Shown piece by piece: positions 41,680 through 49,133 of a stretch of 64,000 nucleotides of DNA (within the stretch, counting starts at the first letter, position 1; each line of letters begins with the position of its first letter). Below the pieces are notes generated by a model that was given only the letters and a program-made list of their open reading frames with translations, was not told the origin of the DNA and searched no databases. The DNA comes from Escherichia coli (GTDB taxonomy: Bacteria > Pseudomonadota > Gammaproteobacteria > Enterobacterales > Enterobacteriaceae). The stretch is from NCBI RefSeq assembly GCF_003019035.1, contig NZ_CP027447.1. One strand, given 5' to 3'. A program made the translations under genes and the position numbers.

Positions 41680-42399
41680 ATGGAAGATTTAGTTTGTAGT
41701 TGGTCACCAAAGCTGATCGTTGATCTTATAAAAAGTATCGCTTGGCCAGTAGTCGTCCTTCTCATCGGCTTCAGTTTTCGAACTCGAATTTTTGAAGTGG
41801 CACGTTCATTTTTTTCTAAAAACACAGTTTCAGAAATATCAGCTACAGTATCAGGTGTATCGGCAAAATTTGTGACAGCAAAGCAAACAACTGAAGTATT
41901 AGAAAGTGCTAGTACCAATGCAGCGAATTTACCAAAGAGTATGAGTATTGAGGCTATAAGAGCGCGACATGAACAGCATAAAACAGAATTCAGCGAAGAG
42001 TTATATCAATCAATAATTAAACATGCTTCCTCTTTAGATATTAATAATGATGAAAAAGTCAAAATTCTGGCACGTGAATTGTCTATTTATCAAGCTATAA
42101 TACGATATATTGACATTAATAAGATATTATTTCGCTCACAATACAATTTATTTTGTTCTATAAATAGTAATGGTGGTCAAATAAATAAAGAAGACGCCAA
42201 TCTTTTTTTTGAGGCGACCAAGAACAACAATAAAGAAGCATTCTCCGATTGGGATTGGATTAAATATATTGCCTATCCTGTTAGTAATAGCCTTATCTAT
42301 GAAGATAATAATTTTTATAAACTTACAGAGTTGGGAAGATCGTATATAGCTTTTATGTCAAAAAATCCACAACTAATCGACGAACTTGCAAAATTATAG
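41680..42399 (+). CDS. Hypothetical membrane-anchored protein (N-terminal TM helix), island cargo
   Basis: 239-aa ORF with aggggga RBS; hydrophobic segment IAWPVVVLLIGFSF; AT-rich codon usage; no recognisable family. Confidence 0.6.
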   Translation: MEDLVCSWSPKLIVDLIKSIAWPVVVLLIGFSFRTRIFEVARSFFSKNTVSEISATVSGVSAKFVTAKQTTEVLESASTNAANLPKSMSIEAIRARHEQHKTEFSEELYQSIIKHASSLDINNDEKVKILARELSIYQAIIRYIDINKILFRSQYNLFCSINSNGGQINKEDANLFFEATKNNNKEAFSDWDWIKYIAYPVSNSLIYEDNNFYKLTELGRSYIAFMSKNPQLIDELAKL

Positions 42400-42629
42400 T
42401 AGGGAATAATATTAAACCCTACTCAATGACTGTTTCAGATCTTGGTTCTGTATCCCATAAATGATCAGGTAAAGTCTAAGCGAATAGCGTTTAACAGGTG
42501 GGATGACTCACTACGTGAACCACCCACCTATAAAAAGGGTTTTTCTTCTGGTGAGTTGTCAATAAAAATGAAGGTTTCCACCTTTCATGCGGACCCTCCT
42601 TAATTTTTTTTGACAAGTTGAGATCGAGA

Positions 42630-43082
42630 CTATTTATCATTACGTTTTTTCATAAAATATTTATAACGTTCATCAGCTTCTTTTTGAAACTTTTCAGCGT
42701 CAAACGTATCAGTTTCTATTTTTATTTTTTGTTTTACCGCTTCATCTAATCTTTTATTTTCTTTCAATCTTTCTTTTTCTACTAATATAAGTTTATAGTA
42801 TTTTAGCTTAATATTAAAACTTGCTTTTGCTAACTCCTTAGCGTCAAAACCTATATTGTATTTTTTAAGAAGTTTCAATATATAATCTATAGTCATTTTT
42901 TTCACTTCCTTTTTTATTTTTTCTTCATGCGCATCTTTTTTTATACTCCCACTTTTTAACCATTGCTTAAATTTATAGCCATTATAATGCTGCCATTGAT
43001 ATATTTCAGCGGCATACATCACCGACAACATACAAACAATAAAAAATACAACCATAAAAACCACACATATTAAATAATACAT
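42630..43082 (-). CDS. Hypothetical membrane-anchored Lys/Glu-rich protein, gene 6
   Basis: 150 aa; N-terminal TM LICVVFMVVFFIVCMLSVMYAA then a charged helical region. Confidence 0.55.
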   Translation of the reverse strand: MYYLICVVFMVVFFIVCMLSVMYAAEIYQWQHYNGYKFKQWLKSGSIKKDAHEEKIKKEVKKMTIDYILKLLKKYNIGFDAKELAKASFNIKLKYYKLILVEKERLKENKRLDEAVKQKIKIETDTFDAEKFQKEADERYKYFMKKRNDK

Positions 43083-43083
43083 A

Positions 43084-43320
43084 TCAGCCCCCGCCTTTCC
43101 TTCTATATTGTTCTTTTATTAATGCTACGTGATATTTTTTTGCGTTGCTTATACTTACATCAGCAGAGTTTCTAGCAGAAGCAAAAGCACTTGAAACAAC
43201 AGAAGCAATAATGGCAACTAAGAAAGCAGCAACAAAAAAACCCATCACTGGCCCCATAAAACTAGCCCCACCGTCATCTATTGCTGGTTTTGCTTTTGCT
43301 AATAATGATAATAGGCTCAT
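43084..43320 (-). CDS. Hypothetical small membrane protein (single TM), gene 5
   Basis: 78 aa; hydrophobic core GPVMGFFVAAFLVAIIASVVSSAF followed by a basic tail. Confidence 0.55.
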   Translation of the reverse strand: MSLLSLLAKAKPAIDDGGASFMGPVMGFFVAAFLVAIIASVVSSAFASARNSADVSISNAKKYHVALIKEQYRRKGGG

Positions 43321-43730
43321 ATATTTCTCTCTTCTTCAATGTTTTTAATCGCTGTTTCTATTCTTTGTTTTACAAAGTCTCTAAACACATAACCTATTAT
43401 TCGCGCGTCTTCACATATATCTAACTCATCTTTTTTATGAAAATATAAATCAGCGCTTAAAAGCTCTTCGCTTTGAATATTTAACATTTTACTAGCAAGT
43501 GATATTCTAATAATATTTCGCACTTCTAAATCCAAGCTTGCTCTATCATGCTTATTCAAAAGCTGGAGCGGATGAAAATCTTTTTTTCTTTTCATTTCTT
43601 GCATATCATTATCAAAATCTATCATTAAAAAATGTAAGCAAGTAAAAGACGTATCATAGAAGTTTAAGCGGTTCATCATATCCGCCGTTCCCTCTTTTCG
43701 AGGGTTCGGGTTAGGTCTTAATTTATTCAT
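43317..43730 (-). CDS. Hypothetical protein, gene 4
   Basis: 137 aa; overlaps gene 3 by 8 bp and gene 5 by 4 bp. Confidence 0.55.
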   Translation of the reverse strand: MNKLRPNPNPRKEGTADMMNRLNFYDTSFTCLHFLMIDFDNDMQEMKRKKDFHPLQLLNKHDRASLDLEVRNIIRISLASKMLNIQSEELLSADLYFHKKDELDICEDARIIGYVFRDFVKQRIETAIKNIEEERNI

Positions 43731-44064
43731 CTGCTTTACTCCTTTTCTTGTTGTTTTTTAGCTTCCATTCATTCAATCTTTTATCGCCTTCAACTTTTAA
43801 GAACTCACGCTGATCGTGTATTCTTTTCAGTATTAGATTATTAGTTAACGCTCCTACTAACAAAGAAATATCATTCGCAAAATCTAATGTCTCGATGTTA
43901 TTTTCTCTAACTATTCTTATTAGTTCAGCGCCGGCTTTTATTTTACGTGTCGTATCTTTTTTCCTTTCTTCTGCCTTCATTTCTTGCTCCATTCTATTCA
44001 ATAAGTTTGCTCTTTGCTCAATTTCTTTTTTTAATTTATTATATTTTTCTATATTAAACGCCAT
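43723..44064 (-). CDS. Hypothetical basic coiled-coil protein, gene 3
   Basis: 113 aa, Lys/Glu-rich heptad-like N-terminus (EKYNKLKKEIEQRANLLNRMEQEMKAEERKK). Confidence 0.55.
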   Translation of the reverse strand: MAFNIEKYNKLKKEIEQRANLLNRMEQEMKAEERKKDTTRKIKAGAELIRIVRENNIETLDFANDISLLVGALTNNLILKRIHDQREFLKVEGDKRLNEWKLKNNKKRSKADE

Positions 44065-44383
44065 TTTCTGAACCTCTCTTTTCTTTTATCGTAATAAAAA
44101 AGGCAATCAACCCACTGATCAATAAAATTGGTAAAGTTAAAATAAACCCTACCAATAACACTAATGAAAATCCGAGCACGCCGGACATCTCATATAGATT
44201 TCCGAACAATGTGCTTTCGTTTTTATACTCAACCATATTCTGTAAAACAGACCTTTTTTCAATATCTTTTTCTTTTAAAGAATCTTCTCTATATTCATAA
44301 TCTTCACAACTCAAAGAAATTTCCACAGTGTTATCATTCAAATACTCATTATCATAATAGTCGTAATCATTATTCCCAATCAT
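44054..44383 (-). CDS. Hypothetical membrane protein (acidic Tyr/Asp-rich N-terminus, C-terminal TM segment), gene 2
   Basis: 109 aa; hydrophobic stretch GVLGFSLVLLVGFILTLPILLISGLIAFFITI; translationally coupled to neighbours. Confidence 0.55.
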   Translation of the reverse strand: MIGNNDYDYYDNEYLNDNTVEISLSCEDYEYREDSLKEKDIEKRSVLQNMVEYKNESTLFGNLYEMSGVLGFSLVLLVGFILTLPILLISGLIAFFITIKEKRGSENGV

Positions 44384-44565
44384 TCTAGATCTCCTTCTAA
44401 CGTGTCATAAACAACAGTAAAATCATTCTCATGAGAAAGAAGATTGTAAGTTATAAATAAGCTTGTCCTATAAACAATATCTGTATTTTCATCCTGTAGT
44501 TTTTGAATAATCAACTTAACAAGATCAGACGCTGCCACTTCAATTTTTTTATCAATATCATTCAT
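44380..44565 (-). CDS. Hypothetical small acidic protein, gene 1 of the six-gene island operon
   Basis: 61 aa; agagg-type RBS; stop overlaps the next gene start by 4 bp. Confidence 0.5.
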   Translation of the reverse strand: MNDIDKKIEVAASDLVKLIIQKLQDENTDIVYRTSLFITYNLLSHENDFTVVYDTLEGDLE

Positions 44566-44737
44566 GTTCCACCTCTTTTATTTTTTATGATTTCTGTTAT
44601 ATATATTAAGTAATATAATTATTTATTTAAGTAAAGCGCGATATATATTTTTTTGTTTTTAGAACGCATTTTTCAGATAAAAGGCTCACGTGCGGCGGCT
44701 ATTTTAGTTTTGCTAAAAACTACAATAGCGCACTTAT

Positions 44738-44761
44738 ACATTCTTCGAATGTGTGCGCCCC
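44738..44761 (+). promoter_or_regulatory. Candidate origin of transfer (oriT) with MobQ-type nick motif
   Basis: Inverted repeat acattc-ttc-gaatgt immediately followed by GTGCGCCCC, resembling the recalled RSF1010 oriT nick region (IR + TAAGTGCG/CCCT); lies about 115 bp upstream of the relaxase gene. Confidence 0.55.
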
Positions 44762-44874
44762 ATAAATGGGGGTTTACTAACGCAGAAAAATAAAAAGTAA
44801 TATTCGCTTTATGCTCAATATTACTTAATCGCTTTTCAAAAAAGCAAATATATTTTTATTATTTTAAAAAGTAT

Positions 44875-46203
44875 GTGTTTCAATATCAGGAGATAAAAAC
44901 AATGGCAATATTTCATATGAGCGCTCAAACAATAACACGCAGCAAGGGGTATAGTAGCGTAGCTGCGGCAGCTTATCGCCACGGCGAAAAGTTAACGGAC
45001 GAACACACAGGAGAGATCCACGACTACAGCAAAAAGAAAGGTGTTTCAGACAGTGTTATATTAATACCTGAAAGCGCAGACCGTAATTTTTTAAAGCCTG
45101 CGTATTTATGGAACATGATAGAAAAAAGCGAAAAAAGAAAAGATGCGCAGTTAGCTCGCGAGTTTAATATTGCGCTTCCTGTCGAAATGACAGATGAACA
45201 AAAAAAGGCGTTAGCAATAGATTTTTGCCAAGAGCATTTTGTAAAAAATGGAATGATTGCTGATATAGCTTTTCACAAGCTCGATAGCGACAACCCACAT
45301 TTTCATGTAATGCTAACCACCCGCAGCCTTACGCCGGACGGTTCAGAGTTCGGACATAAAGTCAGGGAATGGAACAACAAAGAGCAGCTCGAAGGCTGGC
45401 GCAAGAGCTGGGCTGACACAGCGAACGAGCACATGCAAAAGGCTGGCATCGATGCGCATATAGATCACAGATCACTGAAAGAACAAAAAGCAGAGCTTGA
45501 CGCTATCCTCCCCCCTCTCAGAACGATTGAGCAAGAGGCGCAGGCTATCAGCTTAGACAGACCGCCGACTATCCATAGAGGCCATAGCCGCAATCCAGAG
45601 CGACAAGCACGCTTTGACGTGCTCCAAGAAGTGAAAGTATCACAAGAGGAAAAAGCACTTAACCACATTGAACAGAAACAACTTAAGCCCTCGCCGCTGG
45701 CTCCAGCTTCCTCCCCTGCCGCATCTTTGCAAGATGCTACACAAGGAGGCAATGAAAACAACCCGCAAAATAGACTCGGCGAAGTTGGCGAATATCTTCA
45801 ATCTAAACTCAATAAAGAAGATAAAGCAGATCTTAATACTGATAATGAAATCAAAGTTCACACTACTAAAAATAATAGGGAAAGCAGTTCAGCAGCAGCT
45901 ATAGGTTCAACATCAAATATTAATTTAACCGATGAGAAAACAGATAAGAATCTACACTTAACAGAAGCACAAAAAGAAGAGTTAGAGGATTTAGAAAATA
46001 AAGAAGCAGCAGCGAAGAAAAAAGCTTATCTGATGAGCGGAGCTGCCGTTCCTGAACTTTCTCAAGATTACAAAACACTGTCAAAAAGTGAGTTTAAAAA
46101 TAAGCTTCATACAGCTAAACAATCAATATCATTAACTGAAAAGAGATTTAATGAAGAATGTGAAGCATATGATAACAGAAGAAAACGACCAATACCGCGC
46201 TAA
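44875..46203 (+). CDS. MobA/MobL-family (MobQ-type) conjugative relaxase, relaxase domain only
   Basis: N-terminus MAIFHMSAQTITRSKGYSSVAAAAYRHGEKL aligns with RSF1010 MobA MAIYHLTAKTGSRSGG...ADYIQREGKY (catalytic Tyr region); HFHVMLTTR matches the His motif HCHLMISER; C-terminal half is low-complexity Lys/Glu/Ser-rich with no primase domain. Confidence 0.85.
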   Translation: MFQYQEIKTMAIFHMSAQTITRSKGYSSVAAAAYRHGEKLTDEHTGEIHDYSKKKGVSDSVILIPESADRNFLKPAYLWNMIEKSEKRKDAQLAREFNIALPVEMTDEQKKALAIDFCQEHFVKNGMIADIAFHKLDSDNPHFHVMLTTRSLTPDGSEFGHKVREWNNKEQLEGWRKSWADTANEHMQKAGIDAHIDHRSLKEQKAELDAILPPLRTIEQEAQAISLDRPPTIHRGHSRNPERQARFDVLQEVKVSQEEKALNHIEQKQLKPSPLAPASSPAASLQDATQGGNENNPQNRLGEVGEYLQSKLNKEDKADLNTDNEIKVHTTKNNRESSSAAAIGSTSNINLTDEKTDKNLHLTEAQKEELEDLENKEAAAKKKAYLMSGAAVPELSQDYKTLSKSEFKNKLHTAKQSISLTEKRFNEECEAYDNRRKRPIPR

Positions 46204-46563
46204 GTATTTTGCTCATTTTTTATCCCCAATGAATGACTTAGCGTTATATTTACTTTAACTAATTGATACTATTGATTTATTTTCACCTCACGTCGTATCG
46301 TTTATATCGATCAAAATCGACAAAGTGATAGTTAACACCTATCACAACCAATTCATCGATCGATTAAAACAATTAATACACCGATCGATAAACGAGATTT
46401 AATCGTTAAAAACTATCAATATTAAATAATTGATCTGTTATAACGATCATTTTGCTTGAGAGTAGCCCTCCTCATGGTATGCTCGGAGCGTGGAAGACCG
46501 GGCTACTCACCTTGATATCTTCTTGATTAAGCAAAACTATCGCTCTATGAGGAATGAAATTTT

Positions 46564-47058
46564 ATGAAAACCGAAAACATTATTTTTCTTGTTTGGGCAG
46601 TGATTTTTATCCTGATTCTCTGCCAACTTTTTTATTTTGGCCCTAAAAAAAGAAGATACCTCAATACTTATATAGAGGTATTAGATGGTGATGTCCTCTC
46701 ATATGAATGTCAAAATACCGGCGTAGTTATTGATACTAAAAAAAACACAGTACGTATTTTCAATACATATAAGGACAGCACTTTCAAATACGACAACATC
46801 AGGGAAATAAATTATACGCTATCCGAAGCCGGAAAAATTTATAGCACAAGTAATAATCTAAACTCTATGATAAAGTCCGCTGGAGCTAACAGTAATGAAC
46901 AAATGTTAGCTAATCAGCGTTCCGGTATTTTTATACTGACAGATGATATAAAAAATCCTTCATGGAAAATCAATCTACCAATGAAAAACAAAACATCATC
47001 TACCAATCAGGAGATCTGCGATCGATGGCTTCTCATTTTTAAAAAATACGTTTTATAA
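46564..47058 (+). CDS. Hypothetical membrane-anchored protein
   Basis: 164 aa; gagga RBS; N-terminal TM IIFLVWAVIFILILCQLFYF. Confidence 0.55.
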   Translation: MKTENIIFLVWAVIFILILCQLFYFGPKKRRYLNTYIEVLDGDVLSYECQNTGVVIDTKKNTVRIFNTYKDSTFKYDNIREINYTLSEAGKIYSTSNNLNSMIKSAGANSNEQMLANQRSGIFILTDDIKNPSWKINLPMKNKTSSTNQEICDRWLLIFKKYVL

Positions 47059-47090
47059 CTTTGTTTTTTATTTTTATCTTTGGAGTTGAC

Positions 47091-47468
47091 ATGAAAAAAT
47101 TGATTGCGGCAGCATTTATTATTCTCCCTTTAGCAAGTTGTACTGTTTATGGAAACAAATCCATTAAAGACGAAACGCAGCAAAATATAGCCTCTAAAAT
47201 TATAAAAGGTAAAACTACTCAAAAAGATATCCTTCAACTTTATGGAGAACCTCAGACTAAAGAAACTAACGATGGTAAAGAAATGTGGGGATATTCCGTT
47301 ATGTCCGGTGAATCTCAGATTTCAAATTACATACCGGGATTAGCGTTATTGAAGAATAGCAGCACAGCGCACATGAAAGAACTTGAGATCTTGTTTAAAG
47401 GTGATGTAGTTGAACGCTATACCTTTAGACAAACGGCAAGCAAAGCTTCTCGCGGGTTGTTAGATTAA
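47091..47468 (+). CDS. Hypothetical lipoprotein (possible SmpA/OmlA-like fold)
   Basis: Start at MKKLIAAAFIILPLASC (lipobox LASC) preceded by ggag RBS; about 125 aa; weak pattern similarity to BamE-type lipoproteins (Q..L..YG.P.....W.Y). Confidence 0.55.
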   Translation: MKKLIAAAFIILPLASCTVYGNKSIKDETQQNIASKIIKGKTTQKDILQLYGEPQTKETNDGKEMWGYSVMSGESQISNYIPGLALLKNSSTAHMKELEILFKGDVVERYTFRQTASKASRGLLD

Positions 47469-47730
47469 TTTAAATTAAATACCATTTTATCTTTAAAAAG
47501 AAGTTGGAATAGTCCGACTTCTTTTCTATTTTATCAATAACATGCATTATTTATATTAGTGCCTTATGAAATGGCACCTTACTTTTTATATTTCCCTATC
47601 TGGGGGTTTAACCTTTGTTTTTTATTAAAAAAAATTTTGTACTAGTAGTACTAATTAATTAATTTAAAAATTTTTGGTTTTAAGGTTTTGGGGTTTGTGT
47701 TTTAGCGGGGCGGCTTTCAGCCGTAGTAGT

Positions 47731-47760
47731 TTTCCTCCGAAGGAGGAAATAGTTTTTCTT
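47731..47760. terminator. Perfect palindrome followed by T-run (terminator-like) in the island non-coding region
   Basis: tttcctccgaaggaggaaa followed by tagtttttcttt. Confidence 0.5.
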
Positions 47761-48087
47761 TAAGCATTCCCCCCCTACCCCCCACGCCAAAAAGGCTAAA
47801 AAAGAGAGATAGGAGATGCTCATTGCGTCTTGAAAATATTCAGAACGTTTCCATTCTGATACTTCCCCCACGACCCACGCAAACACAAATCATGAAACTT
47901 TCAAACAACTCTCGTTTTACTAAAGAGTCTATGCTACTGTTTGTAAATTTTTTAGATTGTGCGATTCAGGTTGGCAGCTACGCATATCCCGGTTAACCGC
48001 TGCCGCAATATTCTAAGTTTCACCAAACACTCGATGTCCTTCGTACTTAGACCTTGATACAACAAGGGTAATATTATATTGCTTTTG

Positions 48088-48223
48088 TAGATTAAATGTT
48101 TCTGGAAATGGTATTGACATTTTATCTATGTCAAAGTCGGCGAAATTTGTTTAATCATGCAGATTAGAGGCTTCTGGAAGTGGTATTTAATATTAGTTAA
48201 AAGTCGACGAAGCATTTCTAATC
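48088..48223. repeat. Tandem imperfect direct repeat of about 66-70 bp (two copies)
   Basis: Copy 1 gtagattaaatgtttctggaaatggtattgacatt...gtcaaagtcggcgaaatttgtttaatc and copy 2 gcagattagaggcttctggaagtggtatttaatatt...aaaagtcgacgaagcatttctaatc align by eye with several mismatches and a short gap. Confidence 0.6.
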
Positions 48224-48469
48224 TTTTGTATCTTTATATTATATAAATCTATATATAACACCAGTCAATAGATGAAATCAAAAATATTTTAAAAACATGA
48301 CTAGATGAAAAACAAAAAAAGACCAGATTAAACCCCAGTCTCTTTTTTACTTAATATCAGTTATGTTTTTCATATATAGTTCTAAAACGCTCTGTACGCG
48401 ATTTTGAGACGTTTTACACTGGAAGCGGCGTAATCATATAAATAATAAAATAGAATACTGTAATGATTT

Positions 48470-48673
48470 TTATGCCGCTTGATTACGCGAATAAAAAATC
48501 TTATCATCAATCCATTCGTCAACTTCACTTTCAACAAATGCGATAGTTCTTTCACCAGTCTTGATCGGAGAAGGGAAATCACCCCGGCTAATCAGCCGAT
48601 AGATCCACGCTTTACAAAAACCAGTCTTGTTTAACACTTCGGGTATGCGGATAAGTCTTTTTCTTTCGTTCAT
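48470..48673 (-). CDS. AlpA-family (HTH_17, excisionase-like) transcriptional regulator
   Basis: MNERKRLIRIPEVLNKTGFCKAWIYRLISRGDFPSPIKTGERTIAFVESEVDEWI matches the AlpA/prophage CP4-57 regulator pattern; start chosen at the Met preceded by a gagga RBS (ORF track starts 4 codons upstream). Confidence 0.8.
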   Translation of the reverse strand: MNERKRLIRIPEVLNKTGFCKAWIYRLISRGDFPSPIKTGERTIAFVESEVDEWIDDKIFYSRNQAA

Positions 48674-49133
48674 ATATTTCCTCATAGTTGTTTTGATGAG
48701 GCTATTATTCGAATATCGCTTATGACGATCAACAACTTTTTTAGCAAAAAGTGCTTTTTTAGTTGACTATTTTAAATTAACAGTCATTTAATCACCTTTG
48801 GAAGTTGAACTCATGAGTTCAACTCCTCACCGCTAGTCATGACATTCAAAATGTGCTTATTTTTTAGCCACAATACTTTTTTTATCCCTTTATTGCACCT
48901 CAATGTAAAATACAAATAATTAATATATTTAATAATCAAATGATTAAAGAGTCGATTACAGGGACGCCAGCCAATCATGATTGGACGGTGTAAGGACAAC
49001 ACTAATAAAAACAGGAAGTTAGCAGTCTCAGCAGGACACCGACCAGACGGTGAGGAGACATAAAAGGATACGCAAAGGAGCCGCGGCCCCTGGTGATATG
49101 AAAGCCCACAGATGTGGGCTTTTTCGTTGATGG

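Larger units (their letters stand above)
40100..48830. mobile_element. Integrated mobilizable element (about 8.7 kb) inserted at the 3' end of ssrA: integrase, cargo genes, MobQ relaxase/oriT, AlpA
   Basis: Begins at the tmRNA 3' end (a classic island attachment site); visibly AT-rich relative to flanking core genes; P4-type integrase at the left end, AlpA-family gene at the right end, and a GTTCAACTCC copy of the ssrA 3' core near 48817-48826. Boundaries approximate. Confidence 0.75.

Noticed and set aside
45465-45904. Antisense and overlapping small ORFs inside the relaxase gene's low-complexity 3' half
   Set aside because: Low-complexity sequence generates open frames on several strands; the relaxase frame is continuous from its conserved N-terminal domain.
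47680-47886. 68-aa minus-strand ORF in the island non-coding region
   Set aside because: It overlaps the palindrome and the G/T-rich and C-rich low-complexity tracts, has no RBS and odd composition; more likely non-coding structured DNA/RNA.
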